Shown here: piece by piece, positions 1 to 8,570 of the stretch | How the letters are laid out: every line of letters starts with the position of its first letter | How positions within the stretch are numbered: the stretch's first letter is position 1 | DNA from: Candidatus Aenigmatarchaeota archaeon | Lineage (GTDB): Archaea > Aenigmatarchaeota > Aenigmatarchaeia > QMZP01 | Direction of reading: 5' to 3' | Length of the DNA stretch: 34,165 nucleotides | Assembly (NCBI GenBank): GCA_043824495.1 | Contig: JBDRSV010000019.1 | Location: 1-34,165, forward strand | Made by a program: the position numbers and the translations under genes | Notes under the pieces: model-generated | What the model was told of the DNA's origin: nothing | Seen by the model: only the letters and a program-made list of their open reading frames with translations | Databases searched by the model: none

Positions 1-145
1 CGTCTAGAGCGACGTCGAAGTTCTTCTGCGTGTATATTCCCAAGTACCCTTGTAAGAAAGTCCATGCAGTACCTGCGAGAGCTACAGTTATAAGAAGCAG
101 TATAATGATCGCAATTATTGGTGTAATACCTTTTCTTTTATTCAT
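1..145 (-). CDS. Archaeal type IV pilin-like protein with class III signal peptide (N-terminal part; runs off the left edge)
   Basis: Not in the ORF track. Manual translation from ATG at 145: MNKRKG/ITPIIAIIILLLITVALAGTAWTFLQGYLGIYTQKNFDVALD... Basic residues + G, then a ~20-aa hydrophobic stretch, fit a PibD/FlaK cleavage site. AGGTAA lies upstream. Confidence 0.88.
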   Translation of the reverse strand, partial: MNKRKGITPIIAIIILLLITVALAGTAWTFLQGYLGIYTQKNFDVALD

Positions 146-189
146 ATGATTTACCTAAATACTATTTATTCCCACTCGCTTAAATAGGT

Positions 190-684
190 TTATTCTTGTG
201 GTAGTCGTCTGCTATATCTTGATGGTGATTGCGTTTGTGTTCCTGATGCGAATTGAAGATAAATTCTCTTCAATCTTTTGTCTAATATACCCAGACTTGA
301 CAATGATGCTTGATTAACTTCAAGGATTTTTTTGTTCTGATCTACCAATTCTCCCATCTTGGATACAAGTGGGTCCATTACATCTTTTGATATGTCAGAT
401 ACTGTTTCTTCTGTTGCTGATGTCTTTAGTAGTTCCATGAATTCATGCATACTAGAAAGCAATTCATCAATCTTTCCAGGAACTCTTGACATTTCATTTC
501 TTAATTCTGAATTGGATTTTATTATATCGTCAATAATTCTCTGATTTGATTTTATCAATTCTATTATTTGTTCTATTAGTCTTCTAACCTCAGATGAAGA
601 AGAAGTTGTTTCTACTCTCGAAACTCTTTTCTCTAGATTTCTTATTGGAGAAGTTGGTATAACTTCGTATTCGTCGTAATCCAT
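190..684 (-). CDS. Hypothetical coiled-coil protein (164 aa)
   Basis: Clean ORF with heptad-like helical sequence (VRRLIEQIIELIKSNQRIIDDIIKSN); co-oriented with and upstream of a pilin. No family recognised. Confidence 0.75.
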   Translation of the reverse strand: MDYDEYEVIPTSPIRNLEKRVSRVETTSSSSEVRRLIEQIIELIKSNQRIIDDIIKSNSELRNEMSRVPGKIDELLSSMHEFMELLKTSATEETVSDISKDVMDPLVSKMGELVDQNKKILEVNQASLSSLGILDKRLKRIYLQFASGTQTQSPSRYSRRLPQE

Positions 685-728
685 GTAATATTATTTGTTT
701 ATCTTTGTATATAAATCTTCTAAGAAGG

Positions 729-1076
729 TTATTTCCTTATTATGTTGTTTTCTGAACCTTTATGATCATATTTTTCCAAGATTTCTTTTTTGACCATATT
801 GAAAGCATCCTCAATGTCTATTTCTAACTGATTAGCTAGTCTACATAAACCAAAAAACATGTCACCTATTCCATCCTTGAACACATCTTTCTTTTCTTCA
901 ACACATTTAATTCGCTCTTCTTCATTTTTGTATCTAAGATGTTGAGACATTTCTATTAGCTCTTCATGTAGATGATCAAACTTATCTACATTAGGAACGT
1001 CTTTCCAGTTGTTTCTTTCTGCAAAAAATTTGAGAAGCTTCTGTGCTTCTTTCATTGTGGTTATTTGATCTTCCAT
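729..1076 (-). CDS. MazG-like nucleotide pyrophosphohydrolase (all-alpha NTP-PPase)
   Basis: HLHEELIEM and DGIGDMFFGLCRLANQLEIDIEDAF resemble the EExxE / ExxD...LxxLAN.L.ID pattern of MazG/dCTPase-like proteins. Confidence 0.8.
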   Translation of the reverse strand: MEDQITTMKEAQKLLKFFAERNNWKDVPNVDKFDHLHEELIEMSQHLRYKNEEERIKCVEEKKDVFKDGIGDMFFGLCRLANQLEIDIEDAFNMVKKEILEKYDHKGSENNIIRK

Positions 1077-1118
1077 GCAGTGTAATTAGATGAAAGAAAT
1101 AAAAAAGATGTAGCTATG

Positions 1119-2756
1119 CTACATCATTCCGCCCATACCACCCATTCCAGGTGGCATTTCTGGAGGACCGCCTTTGCTTCCACCAGCAGAAGAGACGATG
1201 TCATCTATTCTCAAGATCATCTCTGCTGCTTCTGATGCTGATTTTATTGCTTGGATCTTGATTTTCAATGGTTCAACAACACCAAGCTTTTCCATGTCAA
1301 CGATTTCACCTGTGAATACATTCAAACCACCGATGCCAAATGTTTTGTCATGGTGTGCTCTCAAACCAGCTAACACATCTATTGTATCTAGACCAGCATT
1401 TTCTGCTAGACTTCTTGGAATTACTTCCATGGCATCTGCAAATGCATTGATGGCCAATTGTTCTCTACCCTTGAAGGTACCTGCGTATTTTCTTATCTCT
1501 CTTGATAAAGCAATTTCTGTTGTTCCGCCACCAGCTACAATTTTTCCTAATTCTAAAGCTGCTAAAACACCTTTTACCGCGTCTTCCATTGCTCTTTCAA
1601 CTTCGTCTATTACGTGTTCTGTTCCGCCTCTGATAAACACAGTGACAGCTTTTGGGTGCTTACACTTCTCTACAAAAATCATTTCTTCTCCTGATATCTT
1701 TCTCTCTTCTACTAAGCCAGCAAATCCCAAATCATCTTTTGTTATTTCTTTCACGTTTGACACAATGCTTGCTCCTGTTGCTTTTGCCAGTTTGTCCATA
1801 TCAGATTTCTTTACCCTTCTTGCAGCCATTATGCCCGCTTTTCCTAAATAATGCTGAGCTACATCGTCTATTCCCTTTTGGCAAAATACAACATTTGCTC
1901 CTGACTTTGTTACGTTTGCTACCATTTCTTTAAGCATGTTTTCTTCTCTGTCCAAGAAAGCCTGCATTTTTTCAGGAGAATCTATACTTATTTTTGCATC
2001 TCCTTCAAGTTCTTTGATTTCCAAAGCAGAATCTACAAGTAATACACTCGTGTTTTCTAGCTTCTTTGGCATTGAACCGTGAACTACTTCCTTGTCAACA
2101 AGAATTCCTCTAATCAACTTTGTGTCTGACATAGATCCGCCAGCTTTCTTCTCTATTTTGATGTCATCAAAAGAGAAGTCAGAACCACTTGATATTTCAC
2201 TTACTGCTTCGACAGCAAGACCAGATAACATGTCAGAAGCTCTTTCTGCCGACTTTCCTGTCATTGCTGTTTTAGCTATTTGTAACAGAACTGTAGTATT
2301 CTTGATGTCAATTGGCTTTGATAATTTTTCTAGAACTTCCAGTGCTTTATCTTTAGCCATTCTGAAGCCCTTTGTGATCACTGTAGGATGCACATCTTGT
2401 TCTATTAGCTCTCCTGCTTTCTTCAAAAGCTCACCTGCAAAGACCACAGCTGTTGTTGTTCCATCTCCTACTTCTTTATCCTGTGTTTTTGCGACTTCTA
2501 CAAGCATTTTTGCTGCAGGATGCTCAATTTGCATCTCTTCAAGAATAGTTGCACCATCATTAGTGATGACTACATCACCCATAGAATCAACAAGCATCTT
2601 GTCCATTCCCTTTGGACCAAGAGTTGTCCTTACTGCATCAGCTACTGCTATAGCTGCTGATATGTTATTCTTTTGCGCTTCTCTTCCCTTGTTCCTTGTT
2701 ACGCCTTCTGATAATATTATAATAGGCTGTCCGCCCATTTGTAGATTACCATTCAT
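1119..2756 (-). CDS. ths: Thermosome subunit (group II chaperonin)
   Basis: Motifs [31 protein letters not shown] and the GGM-repeat C-tail; 545 aa; AGGTGA RBS at 2763-2768. Confidence 0.99.
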   Translation of the reverse strand: MNGNLQMGGQPIIILSEGVTRNKGREAQKNNISAAIAVADAVRTTLGPKGMDKMLVDSMGDVVITNDGATILEEMQIEHPAAKMLVEVAKTQDKEVGDGTTTAVVFAGELLKKAGELIEQDVHPTVITKGFRMAKDKALEVLEKLSKPIDIKNTTVLLQIAKTAMTGKSAERASDMLSGLAVEAVSEISSGSDFSFDDIKIEKKAGGSMSDTKLIRGILVDKEVVHGSMPKKLENTSVLLVDSALEIKELEGDAKISIDSPEKMQAFLDREENMLKEMVANVTKSGANVVFCQKGIDDVAQHYLGKAGIMAARRVKKSDMDKLAKATGASIVSNVKEITKDDLGFAGLVEERKISGEEMIFVEKCKHPKAVTVFIRGGTEHVIDEVERAMEDAVKGVLAALELGKIVAGGGTTEIALSREIRKYAGTFKGREQLAINAFADAMEVIPRSLAENAGLDTIDVLAGLRAHHDKTFGIGGLNVFTGEIVDMEKLGVVEPLKIKIQAIKSASEAAEMILRIDDIVSSAGGSKGGPPEMPPGMGGMGGMM

Positions 2757-2762
2757 ATTAAA

Positions 2763-2820
2763 TCACCTTTTCCTTTAGTCTAACTGTCATATTAATACTA
2801 TTTAGGTTTTTAAAGGTTAC
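2763..2820 (-). promoter_or_regulatory. Thermosome promoter (TATA box) and RBS
   Basis: Minus strand reads CGTAACC-TTTAAAAA (TATA 2807-2814); AGGTGA at 2763-2768 ahead of the ATG. Confidence 0.6.
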
Positions 2821-2979
2821 GGTGGAGCTTAATCGATATACACCGCTTAAATTTCATCATTTATAAAGATTATCCCTATTAGAGACTGAAATCCCAGTAA
2901 TCTTAATAAGAACAATCATACAAGACTCATTAAGAATAAAAACCATCAAACAAATATTCAGTATTTGCTACATAAACAC

Positions 2980-3052
2980 GGGCTTGTAGCTCAGCGGTTA
3001 GAGCACCTGTCTTATAAGCAGGCGGTCGTGGGTTCGAATCCCATCAAGCCCA
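2980..3052 (+). tRNA. tRNA-Ile, anticodon TAT (UAU); no intron, CCA not encoded
   Basis: Cloverleaf GGGCTTG-TA-GCTC-AGCGGTTA-GAGC-A-CCTGT-CTTATAA-GCAGG-CGGTC-GTGGG-TTCGAAT-CCCAT-CAAGCCC-A; anticodon at 3013-3015; A37, A38, C4-G69 and A73 are consistent with Ile identity. Confidence 0.95.
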
Positions 3053-3184
3053 TTACACCGTATCGAAGATTTCATCAGCTAACTGTTTTATTTCATAAAT
3101 TTCTCGTCGTGAGTATAAATCTTTCAGGTCTGCTTCATCAAGAATATTATAAACTCCTACACCGCTTCTGGAACAAATAAAAAC

Positions 3185-3616
3185 TTAACCAGCTATTGGT
3201 TTTTTTGGTTTTGGCATTAAAAATAATTGACTTAATTGTTCAATGAATTTTGGTTCTGAAGCTACTATATCCATGCTTGTTAAGAGTCCTATAAGCTTAC
3301 TGTCTTGAACCACTGGGAGCTTTTTCACTTTATGATCTGTCATAACCTCAGCTGCTTCTTCCACAGTTGCTTCAGGATCTATCATTATAACTTCCTTTGT
3401 CATTACTTCTTTGATTTTTACCAGAGAAGCTTTTTTATCTTCAGCTATTACACCTTTTACAAGATCCATTTCTGTTATTATCCCTACTAGTTTTCCTTTA
3501 TCAACAACAATTAGACAAGCTAAACCCATATCTCTCATCAGACGTCCAGCTTCCTGCACTGTTTCCTGCGGTGTAATTGTTTTCACACTCGGTGTCATCA
3601 CATCTTTAACTAGCAT
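3185..3616 (-). CDS. CBS domain pair protein
   Basis: Two CBS repeats (VKDVMT...LIVVDKGKLVGIITEMD; IKEVMT...LPVVQDSKLIGLLTSMD). Confidence 0.95.
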   Translation of the reverse strand: MLVKDVMTPSVKTITPQETVQEAGRLMRDMGLACLIVVDKGKLVGIITEMDLVKGVIAEDKKASLVKIKEVMTKEVIMIDPEATVEEAAEVMTDHKVKKLPVVQDSKLIGLLTSMDIVASEPKFIEQLSQLFLMPKPKKPIAG

Positions 3617-3662
3617 TGAAATTACCTTATATCATATTATAGTCTAAAACAGTTAAATAGTG

Positions 3663-4217
3663 TTAAGTCTTTGGAACAAAAACTCTATATCTATCTTTTT
3701 CTTCTATTTCATCAATTATTCTTTTTACTATCATTTTCTCTGGATTAGGTAGAAGAGGCACTCTTTTCTTGACATCTTCGAAAGATTCGAATGGTTTTAA
3801 TTTTCTTGCGTCTATGATTGCCCATAGGTGTTTTTTTCCTATACCTGGTAATAATTCTAATTGATGGAATCTCGTTGATATCTGTCCTGATTTATTGAAA
3901 AATGTTAAGAATCTTTCAGGGTCGTTCTTTACTATTGATTCTATTATTTCTGGCAACTCTTCTTTAGCAGACACTGTTAAATTTTTGAGTTCTATTCGAC
4001 CTAGTATATATTTGACTTTGTCTCTTTTCTTATCTCCAATATACACTTTGTCTTGAATTTTGAGTATCACATCATTTCTTATTATCAACTCTAGTAAAGA
4101 AAAGAAAGATGAACCAACAACCTGTGCTACAGGTTGGGATCTCTCCATAGTATGATGTCCCTGAGATAAAAAATCCAGGACTATTGCCCATTCGTCTTTT
4201 TTCCTATCGTTGATCAT
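3663..4217 (-). CDS. DUF655 family putative nucleic-acid-binding protein
   Basis: AIVLDFL, FSLLEL, RDKVKYI and HQLELLPGIGKK (HhH) motifs; conserved position after rpoF. Confidence 0.93.
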   Translation of the reverse strand: MINDRKKDEWAIVLDFLSQGHHTMERSQPVAQVVGSSFFSLLELIIRNDVILKIQDKVYIGDKKRDKVKYILGRIELKNLTVSAKEELPEIIESIVKNDPERFLTFFNKSGQISTRFHQLELLPGIGKKHLWAIIDARKLKPFESFEDVKKRVPLLPNPEKMIVKRIIDEIEEKDRYRVFVPKT

Positions 4218-4266
4218 ATTATCACCAAAATTAATTTGTAAAGAGTTGGATTTGTGATTTAAATTT

Positions 4267-4593
4267 TTATCCGAACTTTTTTACGATACTGACAACTTTC
4301 TTCTTGTCGTCTTCTGAGAGGCTTACAACCTCATTTGCAAGTAGAATTCTCAGCTCGTCTAAATCCTTAGGCATCATGTTCATTATGGATATTATCTGCC
4401 TTTCCTTAAGACTCTCTACCTTTTCCAAACTTTCCTTCATTTCATGCATGTTCTTTTGTGTTGTTTTGGAGAATTTCTTGAGATGTTCCAAAGCATTCTT
4501 TTGTTCATAAGCCAATTCGCCTTCCTTTGCTTTATTGTCTAATATTTTCTTAGCTTCTACCCAATCAACTGATTTTTCTTTGAGAACTTTCAT
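4267..4593 (-). CDS. rpoF: RNA polymerase subunit F (Rpo4)
   Basis: ELAYEQKNALEHLKKF, IMNMMPKDLDELRILL; synteny rpl21e-rpoF-DUF655. Confidence 0.93.
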   Translation of the reverse strand: MKVLKEKSVDWVEAKKILDNKAKEGELAYEQKNALEHLKKFSKTTQKNMHEMKESLEKVESLKERQIISIMNMMPKDLDELRILLANEVVSLSEDDKKKVVSIVKKFG

Positions 4594-4594
4594 A

Positions 4595-4876
4595 TTAATT
4601 CGCCTTTACCAAATGCTCTGAGCCTGTTATTATGATTTTGTTTTTATTCTTTACTTTTATCATATATGATCTGCCCACCTTTTTGACCACATTTCCCATA
4701 TCTCCTTGGAATCTTGAATGTGGCATGTTTACGTGGGAAGAGGAATTTATCTTAATTATTACTATGTCTCCTGCTTTAAATTCTTTCAAGTAGTTCTCAG
4801 GCTTAAACTTATTGCTCTTCTTCTTTTTAAGCAATTGTCTAGTTCTCGTTCTGAAACCTTTACTTGTTCTCACCAT
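4595..4876 (-). CDS. rpl21e: 50S ribosomal protein L21e
   Basis: SKGFRTRTRQLL, GDIVIIKINSS, MPHSRFQG, EHL motifs; synteny. Confidence 0.97.
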   Translation of the reverse strand: MVRTSKGFRTRTRQLLKKKKSNKFKPENYLKEFKAGDIVIIKINSSSHVNMPHSRFQGDMGNVVKKVGRSYMIKVKNKNKIIITGSEHLVKAN

Positions 4877-4880
4877 ATTA

Positions 4881-6074
4881 TCACTCTATCAGTATTACGT
4901 CCAATTCTTTTACTTTGGCTTTTGTTTTTAATATTTGTGATACAGAGGGTTTTGTTCTCCCATTATCCCCTGACACAAGCTCTTTGATGTATAGGCCTGC
5001 TTCTCCTTTTATTTTTAACTCAAGCTTTTTATTATTGATCTTTTTCCATTCTATGCTTTTAACCTTTCTATTTCGTGTTTTATCAGCTCTTCTGTGCTTG
5101 ACTCTAAGAGGAGTTTCTTGCTTTATTACTCCTATTAGTTTCTTCAGGCTTTTTATATCTTTTACCGGATATTCTAGTTCCACGAGGGCCCTATATGTCT
5201 TATCGTGCCTTAGACTCTTGACTTTAACAACTTCTCTCCTATCAGATAATCTCATATTATTAACAGAAACTTTCGTTGTTTTCTTTATTGCGGCTGTCAT
5301 AGCTTTGAAATCAACGTCTCTTCTTACTGGTTTCTCGATTTCAAGCACGAAAGGTCTCCAAGCCAGACACTTTGCATCTATGTCCTCACGACCAGCTGCA
5401 TGAAGAGAATGTGCCGTCCCCTCTGTCGATTTCATGAAAGGTTTTGCTATTATATCCTCAACTGTTTCTTTATAGCGTTCCCATTTTGTTTGAGGTAACC
5501 CTCTAACAAGTTTCTTGTATTCTCCATAGAAATACACAGAATTTATTCTTGCTGATATCTTGTTATCATCAACATCCACCAAAACAGTAACATTCGGAGC
5601 GTTATCTGTTCCCTCCTTTCCTGTTTTTTCCCATATTTTTTTTCCAAGATCTCTATTAAACCCTGCTCTTATTGATTCGCAGAATTCGACTCCTATCTTT
5701 GACCAGAGCTTTTCTTCATTCTCTATCAAATGGTCCAATCTAGATCCTATCACAAATGTGTTATAATCGTATTTCTCCAATTTTTTAATCACTCTATCAG
5801 CTATTTTACCTAAATCATCAAATAATCCCTCACAGACTACACATTTCTCCTTTTTCATTTTGATCTTAATTGTTCTAAATTTATGCTCGTAAAAATTATT
5901 TTTGTTTATTACAAATGGTTTAGACTCGTACTCTAGAGCGAGAACATTGCGTATACTCTTCCCTCTCTCTTTATTTGACGTTCCTGTAAGCAGCTGCCCA
6001 AACTGTCTTCCTAAACAATGATTACATAGGCATCTGTTTCTCAATATTTTTTTAGCGAGAATAGTAGGGTTCAT
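4881..6074 (-). CDS. pus10: tRNA pseudouridine(54/55) synthase Pus10
   Basis: N-terminal LCNHCLGRQF and CVVC Zn ligands, THUMP-like middle region, catalytic AGREDIDA motif, C-terminal GLYIKELVSGDNGRTKPS. Confidence 0.97.
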   Translation of the reverse strand: MNPTILAKKILRNRCLCNHCLGRQFGQLLTGTSNKERGKSIRNVLALEYESKPFVINKNNFYEHKFRTIKIKMKKEKCVVCEGLFDDLGKIADRVIKKLEKYDYNTFVIGSRLDHLIENEEKLWSKIGVEFCESIRAGFNRDLGKKIWEKTGKEGTDNAPNVTVLVDVDDNKISARINSVYFYGEYKKLVRGLPQTKWERYKETVEDIIAKPFMKSTEGTAHSLHAAGREDIDAKCLAWRPFVLEIEKPVRRDVDFKAMTAAIKKTTKVSVNNMRLSDRREVVKVKSLRHDKTYRALVELEYPVKDIKSLKKLIGVIKQETPLRVKHRRADKTRNRKVKSIEWKKINNKKLELKIKGEAGLYIKELVSGDNGRTKPSVSQILKTKAKVKELDVILIE

Positions 6075-6146
6075 ATCAGCTTATTGGTTTTGTTGTTTAA
6101 AAACAACGATTTTAGTTAATTTATAATTAAACAACAAGAATTTTAT

Positions 6147-7214
6147 ATGAAAAACATCAAAATTTTAGGCGGTGGACCCGCTGGGCTATCTGCAGCTATA
6201 AATCTAGCTAAAGCTGGATACGAAGTTGATGTTTTTGAGAGAAATAAAGACGCAGGGCATAGATTCCTTGGAGATCTCCAGGGTTTGGAAAATTGGTCAG
6301 AAAAAATAGATGTTTTAGAAAGGTTCAGAAAAATGAACATTATAATCAATTTTGATTGTGATCCCTTCACTGATTATGCTTTCTATAATGGTTATAGAGT
6401 ATGGAAACTTTCAGAAAAAGCTCCCTCTTTTTATGCAGTTAAACGAGGCGGTATTAAGGGTAGCCTAGACCAGGGATTGAAAAAACAATCTCTAGAAGTT
6501 GGCGTCAAAATCCATTTTGGATCGACAATACCAGAAACAAAAGCCGATATAATTGCAACAGGTCCCATACAAAAGGAGTTACTAGCCGCTGATAAAGGAG
6601 TTACATTCAAGACAAAAATGGAGGATGTAGCTATAATGCTTTTTAATAATAAAGCAGCGTACAACGGCTATGGTTATCTTTTGGTAACCAAAGGTTATGG
6701 TTGTTTATGCACAGTTGTTGATATCAAATCTAGAAACGTAAGAGAATCTTTAGAAGAAACCAAGAGATTATTTTCCAATATCGTGGATTTGGATATTAAG
6801 AACCCGCACAATGTAGGAGGAACTGGATGTTTTTCAAATCAGAATATATTCCAAAAAGAAAACAGACTGTATGTTGGAGAGTCTGCAGGACTACAAGATT
6901 TTTTTTGGGGTTTTGGAATCGGTCTCGCAATCACATCAGGATTTCTTGCTGCCAAGAGTATAATAGAAAATAAGAACTATGAAAAACTAGCAAAGGCTAA
7001 ATTTAGAAACAAGATGAAAGCAGGTGTTTCCAATAGATTTTTCTGGGAAAATTTCAATTTCAGAAATTATACTCTTATCATGAATTGGTTATTCAAATCC
7101 AATACAATACCAAAAATGCACTCTTTATACAATTTCAATCATCCTCTACAAAGACTCTCATATCCAATTGCTTTATACTATATGCGAAAACAATCTCCGC
7201 ACTTGAGACTGTAG
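6147..7214 (+). CDS. FAD-dependent oxidoreductase, geranylgeranyl-reductase-like superfamily (compact, divergent)
   Basis: N-terminal GGGPAGLSAA...VFER Rossmann motif and C-terminal LYVGESAG...GFGI..AI.SG FAD motif. The PxxYxWxFP motif of bona fide DGGR is absent. Confidence 0.78.
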   Translation: MKNIKILGGGPAGLSAAINLAKAGYEVDVFERNKDAGHRFLGDLQGLENWSEKIDVLERFRKMNIIINFDCDPFTDYAFYNGYRVWKLSEKAPSFYAVKRGGIKGSLDQGLKKQSLEVGVKIHFGSTIPETKADIIATGPIQKELLAADKGVTFKTKMEDVAIMLFNNKAAYNGYGYLLVTKGYGCLCTVVDIKSRNVRESLEETKRLFSNIVDLDIKNPHNVGGTGCFSNQNIFQKENRLYVGESAGLQDFFWGFGIGLAITSGFLAAKSIIENKNYEKLAKAKFRNKMKAGVSNRFFWENFNFRNYTLIMNWLFKSNTIPKMHSLYNFNHPLQRLSYPIALYYMRKQSPHLRL

Positions 7215-7215
7215 A

Positions 7216-8496
7216 TTAAACGATTTGCTTCAAATTAACTCTTTTTGGTGTGTTACTAGAAATAATTTTTTCTAATTCTTGTTTCTGTCTTTCAATTACG
7301 TGTTTTAGTGTTTTCTTCTCTTCTGTGAACTGTACAATGTCTTTTCTCAGTTTCTCTATGTCCTTATTCGATTCATCTATTTGTTCTTCTAAGCTAACCT
7401 TTTCTTTCATTAATCCTGGACTTAATTTTTCTGTTTCTTTTGTTTTGGCTTTTATATTTTCTCTTATTTTTACATAATTTTTTATCTTAACAGGTATGTC
7501 ATAACCGAGTTTTCTGATCAGATCGAGAATTTTTTCTTGTTCTTTATCCTTTAGTGTAACTTCTCCTTTGGATGCTTTTCTGGATAAACCATTTAGTATA
7601 TCTTGAAGCTGTTTAGGACCATCTTCTTCGAGTAAAGCTCTCATAGGATCTTCTATGAAAGCCTTGACAAGCGTGTCTTCAGAAGCATGCAATTCTTTTT
7701 TCAGTGGTCTGTTAATCACATTTAGTTGATCTATTATTTCAGAGGATACCTCAGATTTTTTTGCTTTAAGTTGCTCTGTTTCTGCTATTCTTTTCTTGAG
7801 ATCTTGCCACAAATCACCTGAAATCAATTCCTCTAGTTTCTTGTTTTTGTTCTCTATGTCTTCTTCCGCATCTTTTATTTTATCATCGTTGGAGGTTATG
7901 TCATCCGATAATCTTGTGTATTGATTAATGTCAGATTCTTGTTTCTTAGAAAGTTCTTCTGTTTTATGAGCAACCCATATCATTTTCCCTTTTGCGTCAA
8001 GGAATTTATTTAGGTCGTCTAACTTCTTCTCCGTGTTCTTAACAGCGTCTATGAATTTTCCGCTCTGTTCTTTGAAATAATTAGATAATAGTATAGCTTG
8101 TTTTGGAGAAGCTCCTTTTAGTTCCTTTATGTTTTGCATTACATTTAGGTAGAAGTTTTTGAGTTCTCCGTATGTGATTTCTTCTTTGAGTTTCTCTGTC
8201 TTGATTAAGCTATTAGCTTTGTTTACAAATGTTTCTTTAATCATGTTTACACGTGTATATATCTTATCATTAGATTCGAACGTTGTTTTTTCTAAATCAG
8301 AGATTGCTGATTTTATATCATCAAAACTAGAAACAACGTGATCATACAAAGTGAATGCAGAAGCTTTTGCTTCAAAAATTTCTGAAGAAAATGTAGTAGA
8401 AACCCATTCAGAAAGATTAGAAATATCCACGTCTAGTGTTTCAACTGACTCCTGCACATCTATTTCCTTTTTTTTGAACCTGTCTAATAGACCCAT
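7216..8496 (-). CDS. Hypothetical long coiled-coil protein (426 aa)
   Basis: K/E/L-rich heptads over most of its length; no Walker motifs; N-terminus MGLLDRFKKK resembles an amphipathic membrane-targeting helix. Confidence 0.8.
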   Translation of the reverse strand: MGLLDRFKKKEIDVQESVETLDVDISNLSEWVSTTFSSEIFEAKASAFTLYDHVVSSFDDIKSAISDLEKTTFESNDKIYTRVNMIKETFVNKANSLIKTEKLKEEITYGELKNFYLNVMQNIKELKGASPKQAILLSNYFKEQSGKFIDAVKNTEKKLDDLNKFLDAKGKMIWVAHKTEELSKKQESDINQYTRLSDDITSNDDKIKDAEEDIENKNKKLEELISGDLWQDLKKRIAETEQLKAKKSEVSSEIIDQLNVINRPLKKELHASEDTLVKAFIEDPMRALLEEDGPKQLQDILNGLSRKASKGEVTLKDKEQEKILDLIRKLGYDIPVKIKNYVKIRENIKAKTKETEKLSPGLMKEKVSLEEQIDESNKDIEKLRKDIVQFTEEKKTLKHVIERQKQELEKIISSNTPKRVNLKQIV

Positions 8497-8505
8497 ACGG
8501 AAAAA

Positions 8506-8570
8506 GTAGGCTCCGATGAACTCCTAATCATAGGCTATTCCTCATACTGGAGCGGTTATCCTCATCGCCC
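8506..8570 (-). ncRNA. Candidate structured small RNA (C/D-box-like, or cis-regulatory leader)
   Basis: 33/65 G+C in an AT-rich intergenic region; TTTAAATA at 8589-8596 upstream and a U5 tract at 8501-8505 downstream. C-like GCGAUGA, D'-like AUGA, C'-like UGAUUA, D-like CGGA; terminal GGGC/GCCU stem. Confidence 0.45.

Noticed and set aside
1174-2778. Long plus-strand ORFs 1174-1851 and 2092-2778
   Set aside because: Antisense shadows of the thermosome gene; Ser/Ile/Phe-rich with no recognisable motifs.
2779-2794. CTAAC-N5 resembling the Archaeoglobus HSR1 operator (CTAAC-N5-GTTAG)
   Set aside because: Only one half-site matches (the second reads TATTA).
4864-5403. 179-aa plus-strand ORF
   Set aside because: Antisense to pus10; no RBS or domain features.
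8468-8475. T8 tract near the start of the 426-aa gene as a phase-variation site
   Set aside because: It encodes a Lys run; such tracts are common in this AT-rich sequence and the frame is intact.
8506-8570. Assignment as a canonical fluoride riboswitch, hammerhead or SAM-I element
   Set aside because: Only isolated short motifs match; the required helices and conserved cores are absent. Kept only as an unassigned structured RNA.
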